Shown: piece after piece, positions 31,208 through 37,772 of the stretch | Position numbering within the stretch: the stretch's first letter is position 1 | Layout of the letters: every line of letters starts with the position of its first letter | NCBI GenBank assembly: GCA_013115145.1 | Contig: JAAPAO010000342.1 | Coordinates: 1-37,772, forward strand | From: Perkinsus chesapeaki ATCC PRA-425 | Lineage: Eukaryota > Protista > Perkinsozoa | DNA length: 37,772 nt | Direction: 5' to 3' | Made by a program: the position numbers and the translations under genes | Notes under the pieces: model-generated | Database searches by the model: none | The model's input: only the letters and a program-made list of their open reading frames with translations | What the model was told of the DNA's origin: nothing

Positions 31208-34200
31208 ATGCGTGTACGACAATTACAGACAACTTTGCAAGATCAGGGCATGATACAGCAGGTAATTATTGGGCGCGCAAGAAATACCACCACACCGCCG
31301 GGCTGCCTAGATTGAAGGCTCGTGGGTGAAAGGGTATAGTGATAAAAATATCGAATGTCAAAAGGCTAAGTCATTGGACACTTTAGGGTTAGAACATTTT
31401 GAGGGTGGTAGCGCGATAGGTTAGAGAGGTGGATGTTCATGGGAATGGTTGTTGGTTCGATTTTGAGGAGCGGCTTTTTTCTCGCATTTTCTGTGAGGGA
31501 ACGTTTGTTGTTGAGTGTTATGTTATTATTTTTGGTTAGATATCAATGGACCAGTTGAGTGATATGAAAATGGCGTTAGATGCCACGTTTTGGTTACGTA
31601 GTATCCAAATGTTAAAGGATCCCTATGCGGACGCTCTTGGCGGGATGCCTCCGGGTAATGCAAAGGTCGGGGGTTCGATCCCTGGTTAAGGTATTTTCAG
31701 GACTTTTTGGTATCATTGCAAAAGAACTCGAACTATTCTCACATTACAAGATCAAACCTATTTTCGTAAGGAGGGTATCTTTAGGTTGGATTGCGGTCAT
31801 TTGTCGGTAATTTTGTGGCGCGTCAAACATGCTTGTAGGTCTTCGACGGAATCGTACCTCCGCTACAGCATCAAATGTTCCAACAATCAAGTCAACAACA
31901 ATTGGACCAGGTAGATACATTGCTCATTAACCTTTCGTGCATCATGCACGAGCGAAGGTAAGATTCTTCTCTTCAGGCCTGGACTCTATCGGCCAATGGT
32001 CGGGATTCGGAGGCCCAGAAAGCGTTCGCAGTAGCCACCAGCCGAATCAATAGCGACATCTGCCACTTCGCATTCCACTTCCTCAAATCGAAGGGATACG
32101 AAGTTATTCGAGCACCGTAAGGGCAAGGGGCGCAGGTTCGATCCCGGCACCCGACATTTTTAAAGGTATTTCGCCTCGGCCCAGTTAGCTTTCATGGCAG
32201 CTAACAATCTCTGCCAAGTCGTTTACGGTCCACCAGGACTGCTACTATATGGCGTTAAGAGCGTAGTATTGCAGATGGATTTCCAGAAGTAGGCATTTTG
32301 TGGCGCGCGAAATATTTCGTGGGTAAATTCAGGAACAAGGCCGAATGGGTGTCGCTTGACCACGTTCTGAGCAAATGGTGCATCAACCGCGAGCAGTTCA
32401 TCGACGCTTGTCTGCTCGCCGGAACTGAGTACTGTCTCACCTACCCCTACCTCAACCTTGATCAATTCCGGGGCGATAACCAACAGCCGTCGGCACCTCA
32501 TCATGCTGGAGCCTTCAGCTTTGAAACTGCCATCGAGTTCATCAGACAAGTCCCACTTAATTCTTGGATGCAAACCTTCCCGACTGATGATATGAGAAAT
32601 GATCACGTTGAAGGTTACTGTGTTTGCAAGCTGCTGCTTTGCTATACGCCTGTCCTTAACACAATCGATTTGGAGGTTCGCCCACTCTCCTGCGGATCGG
32701 GCCATACCAATCCTCATTTGTCGCCCCCAGGGGAGGGTACTCCGCCGATGCTCATCACCAATCCGGATGGCACCAAGACCCCATCACCTATACCGATATC
32801 GTTCCCACCAACTCATGTGTGTCCGAGTGACATGTCTACAGTGCTGGGAGAGCGCCTGCCCATGACCGTATATGAGCTTTTAATGGCGGGCTTCATCAGC
32901 AGCAGACTGCCGTTGGTCCTGGCCACGGGGGTGTGGTGCGACCGTCAGAGCCCACTTATCGATTCCAAGGAGTATCGGTCACTTTTAATCGACCTCACGA
33001 ATGAATATCGTACGAAGGCTCTGGGGTTGATGGCTAATAGGCTCAACCCGGCACTGAGAGACCGCCCGATTATCTGCACTGCTTACTGGGAGGTCGGTGA
33101 GCTGGCTCAATCACAGCAGCAATCGACTCAGACGGGGGCGCCACCGATGGGGGCAACACCGACTACTAATAGGGCGCACTTGCTGTATACACTTAATAGG
33201 GAGGTAGGGAATCTTTGTAGTGCGAAAAGATATTTTTGAGGTTAGGATCCGAACTTGCGACGGATTAGTATCCCTCATGTTAAGGGATTGAGATGGGCGT
33301 TCACCAAGGCTGATGTCGAGAATGAGATGAGAAGGCAGGGTGTTAAAACGGTTGACTTGAGGTGAAGAGCTTTTAACATTTGCACGCATGCGCACGCTCC
33401 TCCTGTTCTCATGTTCTCAGGTTCTGTTTACAATGGCATGCTAATGAGTTCCAACGTGACGGTCCTTTGGTGACGAATCTTAGGAATCCGACTGGGCCTC
33501 GTGCGCATCCTAAAGATTTGAACTCCTTGGCCGCCTTGGTTCATTTCCAATTGCTCGAAGCTCTCGAGTATTTCTCGGAAGATGGCGGCATGACGGTCCT
33601 CGGTGATGTGTTGAAGGACACCCCCAGCAGGTTCCAGGAGGCGACCATGTTCGCCTTGGAGTTGATGAAGTTTGGCGTTCTCACTGGTGACCCCTTCGAG
33701 CCTGTTGATGGGAGTGAATTCCCGGCTGCGGTGAGATATCCTAAGATTGAGACGGCCACCGACAAACAGAAGAGCATAACTCTCTTGTCGAGGGTGACAA
33801 GTTTGATACCGATGAAGCTGAAGAACGATCTTTGGGACACCACAGTGGAGTTTGACTTAGCCGCCTTCCACTCCTTGGTGAGGTTGTTCAAGCGAACTTT
33901 GAGGGTCCTTTGTGAGGCGTGTCTGGCTGAGGATCTTATAGAGGATAAGACATTAATCAAGCAACTGCCTAGCAACACCTTCAGTCCCAACGGACCTCTG
34001 CCGAGCGACTTGGATGCTAATGGACAGAGGCTGGTAAGAAGAGGGATCTTGTAATCTTGCTCTCACTCACGTTTTCTTAACGCAGCCGTATCATCGGGAG
34101 CCTCGAGTCGCCGAAGTTGGCCCATCTCCTGTCCTGCCTGTGTTTATGTTACCAAGGACTTGTATGGGTATTGTTATGAAGCACTTTATGGAGTGGGAGG

Positions 34201-34565
34201 CCCCACAAACTAGGAAGCCGTAAGAGGGTCTTACGGGATTTGAGCAAATATACATACTAGCTGGAAGTCGGTGAGCCCGAACATGTCGTTGGATTTAGGA
34301 TGACCGCCGCGGAGAAACGAGCTGCATTCGATGCGGAAGTCCGTAAGAAGTTTGCTTGCTGCGTGGATCCTATGAGGGACCTGGGAGTGGCATTGGACTT
34401 CTGGGGTGAAGTGAGGAGGTGTATTGTGGACATAAGCGACCAGCTGGGGGCAGAGGTACGAGGGAGGGAGCAGGGAGGGAAGAAGTGGTGTTGTAGGAAA
34501 TGAAAGAAGATGTCGTTAAGGCTGATAAATTACTATCGGAAAAGAGAGTTATGATGGGTATGTAA
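31208..34565 (+). CDS. MKT1: MKT1-family post-transcriptional regulator (XPG/PIN-like N-terminus plus MKT1_N/C domains), multi-exon
   Basis: MRVRQLQ...ALDATFWLRSIQMLKDPYADALGGMPPG...IKPIFVFDG; RAPYFASAQLAF; DACLLAGTEYC; LLSRVTSLIPM...FDLAAFHSLVRLFKRTLRVLCE; DLGVALDFW. Confidence 0.85.
31402..31480 (+). pseudogene. Highly decayed tRNA-like relic in MKT1 intron 1 (31262-~31539, sense)
   Basis: A-box-like TAGCGCGATAGGTTAGAG and GTTCGATT-TTGAG-GAGCGGC-T-TTTTT at tRNA spacing; stems mostly lost. Confidence 0.4.
31657..31697 (+). pseudogene. tRNA 3' half filling 46-nt MKT1 intron 31655-31700 (sense)
   Basis: GTAATGCAAAGGTCGGGG-GTTCGATC-CCTGG-TTAAGGT-A-TTTT-CAG; the terminator T-run directly precedes the CAG acceptor; intron fixed by GMPP|GLFG. 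Confidence 0.75.
32119..32161 (+). pseudogene. tRNA 3' half filling 49-nt MKT1 intron 32117-32165 (sense)
   Basis: GGGCAAGGGGCGCAG-GTTCGATC-CCGGC-ACCCGAC-A-TTTTT-AAAG; T stem 4 of 5 paired; intron fixed by the RAP|YFASAQ motif. Confidence 0.75.
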
Positions 34566-34768
34566 GAAAATATTGAGAGGTGGGTCAACCTAAGATACGC
34601 TCAATGCAACATGCACGCATCAACCTTAGATTCCACCAACCGATCACCTGTCGTCATCACTAGTGAGATCACATCAATGACGACCGAGTCCTTTCTTCTT
34701 CGTCTTAAGTCATTTCGGTGTTGAGTGTTGTAGTTGGTGATTTGTCAGGGAAATTTGGTATTAATAAA

Positions 34769-37068
34769 ATGTCCGCCGCAGCAGTTGCCACGACGAACTC
34801 CGCCATTTCTGACAGTAAAGTTGATTGGCTGACCTTCAGCATTGAAGAGCTGAAGAAGTATCAATCATTACCGTGTTGTATATGTAAACCATCTGGAGGG
34901 ATGCCAGAGTTGATCGATAAGGACAATGCAGAATCACCGCTACTTCAAGCTCCTCCGGGTAGGAGGTTGGGTACTCTGGTTCGATCCTCGGTGAGGGCAT
35001 TTTGATACCCGTTTCCAAGAGCCGCAGAATGCTGAAGTCGTTGGAAGTTGCTTTTGGCCTCAAGTCGATGTTATCAGGTCGACGCGGTGGAGGACTTCGT
35101 GGTAGGGGTGGGTCGGCAGGAGGAGGAGGGGGCACTAGTGGACCATCGACATCTACCAATCGAGGATACGCTAATAAAGGACAACAATACGATAAGACAA
35201 CCACCCCACCGGACAGGAAGAAGTGCGTGGGCTTCTGGAACCCGCTGTACACTTTCCCGCGCAGGTTCGATTCCCAGGCGGGTAATCGCAGCCATAAAAA
35301 GGAGGGGAACGATAGCCGAGGGTATCATCGCCAATCTGGTGGTGGTCGATACAACAATAATAATGCAGCAGCAGTTCCTGCGGGAGGGGAGGGCCTCAAC
35401 AAGTTCACTTTGGGTGATATTCGCAAGGCAGAATCGACCATTGAGAAAGTACGTCGACCCTTTTATCGGAAGGGCGTGGGTTCGAAACTCGGGTGCGGTA
35501 TTTTAGTCATCTATGACCGTCGGTGAATACGTTAAGAAGGTCGCTCGAGGGGAGATCTCCGGCGATGCCAGTCCAGCGAAGTAAGATGTGCTCTACCTAT
35601 CTCAACTCTTATTGTCATCAGGAAAAACGGACAGCCCGATTCAAGCAGCATTTTTGATCAATCATCGACAAGGAGAGGGAGCAATAGGATGACGGAATGG
35701 CTGAAGCCACGACAGCAACAACAACAACCCGGAGGAGACCAACAGCAGCAGAAGGTGACACTCCTGGGATTCGAACCAACGAGCTTTCGGTTGATAGGAT
35801 TATCTTCAGATGAGGTCCGGTTTGCCCAAAGGAGCTGTTACTCTTGAGGAGCTCGAAAGAGGCGGTCAGGCTGGCAGGGGAAAGGGTTACGGCAAAGGAT
35901 CTGCCGCCGCCGCGGAAGCTTCCACGGTAGTGTGATCTCCTTCCATTTTGGACTTCATCTCGTCAGGGTGGTGGCGAAAGCAACGAAGCTGGTAGAGCCT
36001 TGTTGGCTATGATAGGCGGTGGAGGCGACAAGACTGAAGTAGAGGGTGGGTCAGATTGATTGTAAAGGAGAATCACTGTTAGACTACTACCGGAGGCCAC
36101 GCTGGTGGGGACAATGTTCACGACCAGACTTTGAGGATTCTAAGGGAACAGCAGCAGTTGAGGGCAGATGCTAGACAACATAGGGGAGGAGGAGGAGGGG
36201 CTAATGATGAGATGAAACGGTTACAGAGGGAGTTGGCTCAAGTAAGAGGCTTGGCGGAGGGAGCGGTATGAGAGTGCTGCTGGCTTAGATACGAACAAAG
36301 GGACAGATCTCTCCCACTGACGGTGCGGCGACACATGTGTCACCACGAAAGGCTCAGGAAGGGGGTTATGCTACTCAGGCTAGTCAATACGCTCAGCATA
36401 GGGCAGCGTTAAATCAAGGTAGTATCTTAGCTTCATTTGTGCAAGATACGGCAGAGGTCAAGTGACTGACTATGTAGGTTCTAGAGGTATGCAGATGGCA
36501 GCTCCTCCTCCGCCCCCACCAATGGGTGCTTATGGTCAACCTCCGATGTATGGTGGTATGATGGCACCGCCCCAGATGCCAAATCAACAACAGCAAATGC
36601 AAGTGCTCCTTCAACAGCTCCAACAACAACAAAGGCGTCAAGAACAGCAGTAAGGGGGGAAACTGAGGAGAGAGCTCCTTACAGTGTCGTACACCTATAT
36701 GTCCAAACAAGCTCCCCTGCAGTGGTAATGCCCTTTTCTTTGGAATTGTGAAAAATCCTTTCCTTTACTACTTGGAAGCGGCACGGTTTGGTATCAGATA
36801 TGATCCTCATCAAATGGCCCGTCGACAACACCATCAACATCAACAGATGGCAGCCACTGCAGCTCGAGCTGCGGCCGCGACAAGAGGGCAACAAGGAGGA
36901 GGTTTCCAGCCACAACAGCAGCAGGTAATTACTGCTTAGAGGTTCAGGGCATTGCCTTGCATGGAAGAGGTCCCGAGTTCAATTCCCATTTAGGGCTTCC
37001 CTTATACCCCTGCTCCTGGCACTAGTAATGTGGATCCCTCCCAAGCCGCACAATGCGCTCAACAATAG
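34769..37068 (+). CDS. Large Gly/Gln-rich intrinsically disordered protein, multi-exon (possible mRNA-regulatory scaffold)
   Basis: Exon chain with RGRGG, FTLGDIRKAE, AVTLEELE, poly-Q and PPPPPMG segments; stop TAG 37066-37068. Confidence 0.7.
34972..35003 (+). pseudogene. tRNA 3' relic in predicted intron ~34959-35077 (sense)
   Basis: TACTCTG-GTTCGATC-CTCGG-TGAGGGC-A-TTTT. Confidence 0.65.
35257..35285 (+). pseudogene. tRNA-Ser-like T-arm relic at or inside the 3' end of the intron starting 35223
   Basis: CCGCGCAG-GTTCGATT-CCCAG-GCGGGTA-A; 19-nt identity with the antisense relic in PKA intron 14414-14456. Confidence 0.55.
35455..35504 (+). pseudogene. tRNA 3' half filling 58-nt intron 35449-35506 (sense)
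   Basis: ATCGGAAGGGCGTGG-GTTCGAAA-CTCGG-GTGCGGT-A-TTTT-AG. Confidence 0.65.
35756..35797 (-). pseudogene. tRNA-Asn-like 3' half, antisense in 55-nt intron 35755-35809
   Basis: Reverse complement ATCAACCGAAAGCTCGTTG-GTTCGAAT-CCCAG-GAGTGTC-A; the discriminator position is the T of the GT donor. Confidence 0.65.
36934..36987 (+). pseudogene. tRNA-Ala(TGC)-like relic filling 69-nt intron 36925-36993 (sense)
   Basis: GCTTAGAGGTTCAGGGCATTGCCTTGCATGGAAGAGGTCCCGAGTTCAATTCCC, truncated by ATTTAG acceptor. Confidence 0.7.
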
Positions 37069-37772
37069 CCAAACCCCAACCACTATCATTACTCGTTTAC
37101 ATCATCATCGTCCCTCCATCATGTATGCGCCCTTTTTTAAGAAAACACAGCCATTGAGGAGTAGCAGCTGCTGCTGGAAGAGGAGGAAGATAACGAGGAC
37201 ATCTGTAAAGGGGACAACTTTTGTGTTACCCAACACCAATAATAACTATGATGCTTCTATCAGATGGCGAAGCATCAATGTTGAGTTGAGTATTAGTAAG
37301 CCGCCTAAAGCGGGTTTTGGGTTTTAGGAAAACCCGGATTTGAACCTACTACTACTAGGGTGCAATGCCACCGCTTGCAGGTGAAGCGCCACGACTTCTG
37401 AGTACGACTCGGATACTGCTGAAATCGACTTCATCATTTTCGGGTGTATTGACCAAGTTCGCTCGTACAGCAGTTAATAAGGAGGAAGGGGGGATAAAGG
37501 GAGCATGGTCACAACTTATGGAGCCATTACCGCAGCGAAGCCATCGATCACCGGCCTCAACAATGGATGAAAAGATAAGACAGGTAGTAATAGTAGTGGT
37601 AGGAGGCAGAGGAGGCCACTAGGAGTTATCGGACACTAATCGCAATACAGTCCTCCAAATTAACTTAGAATATCACGTTTTTGTGACCATTCTCTGCCGG
37701 ATTTGCGACTCTATGCCCAAAACTCAGAGAGTCTCGTTCTAACATGGCCTTCAATATACCACCGAAGTTTCA

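Noticed and set aside
32223-33990. Minus-strand ORFs 32223-32717 and 33541-33990
   Set aside because: Antisense shadows of long MKT1 exons.
37322-37352. T-loop-like GGTTCAAATCCGGGTT on the minus strand
   Set aside because: No A box, no terminator in register, not in a definable intron; may be chance.

Overview
Compact, intron-rich eukaryotic genomic DNA. The short GT-AG introns (mostly 40-60 nt), tight gene spacing and gene families suggest a Perkinsus-like alveolate (inference, no database search). All gene models were spliced by eye. Recognisable genes: cyclophilin, COPI-associated/TVP15-like membrane protein, LisH-WD40 protein, PKA catalytic subunit, BT1 folate/biopterin transporter, signal peptidase subunit SPC22/23, MKT1, an HPR/OPR-like helical-repeat protein, two intronless secreted two-domain proteins and several hypotheticals. 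There is one intact intron-containing tRNA-Tyr(GUA). The most striking signal is about 18 degenerate tRNA-gene relics of several isotypes, in both orientations, in predicted spliceosomal introns of at least 8 unrelated genes. Most keep the exact tRNA-gene 3' register (T-loop, 5 nt, 7 nt, discriminator, oligo-dT, no CCA). Some introns are almost nothing but the relic, with splice signals at its ends. Also seen: a 20-nt sequence shared by introns of two neighbouring genes, a perfect 32-bp hairpin, clustered palindromes, a 49-bp minisatellite and a protein with an unrecognised duplicated ~110-aa domain. No CRISPR array, prophage or transposase was found.
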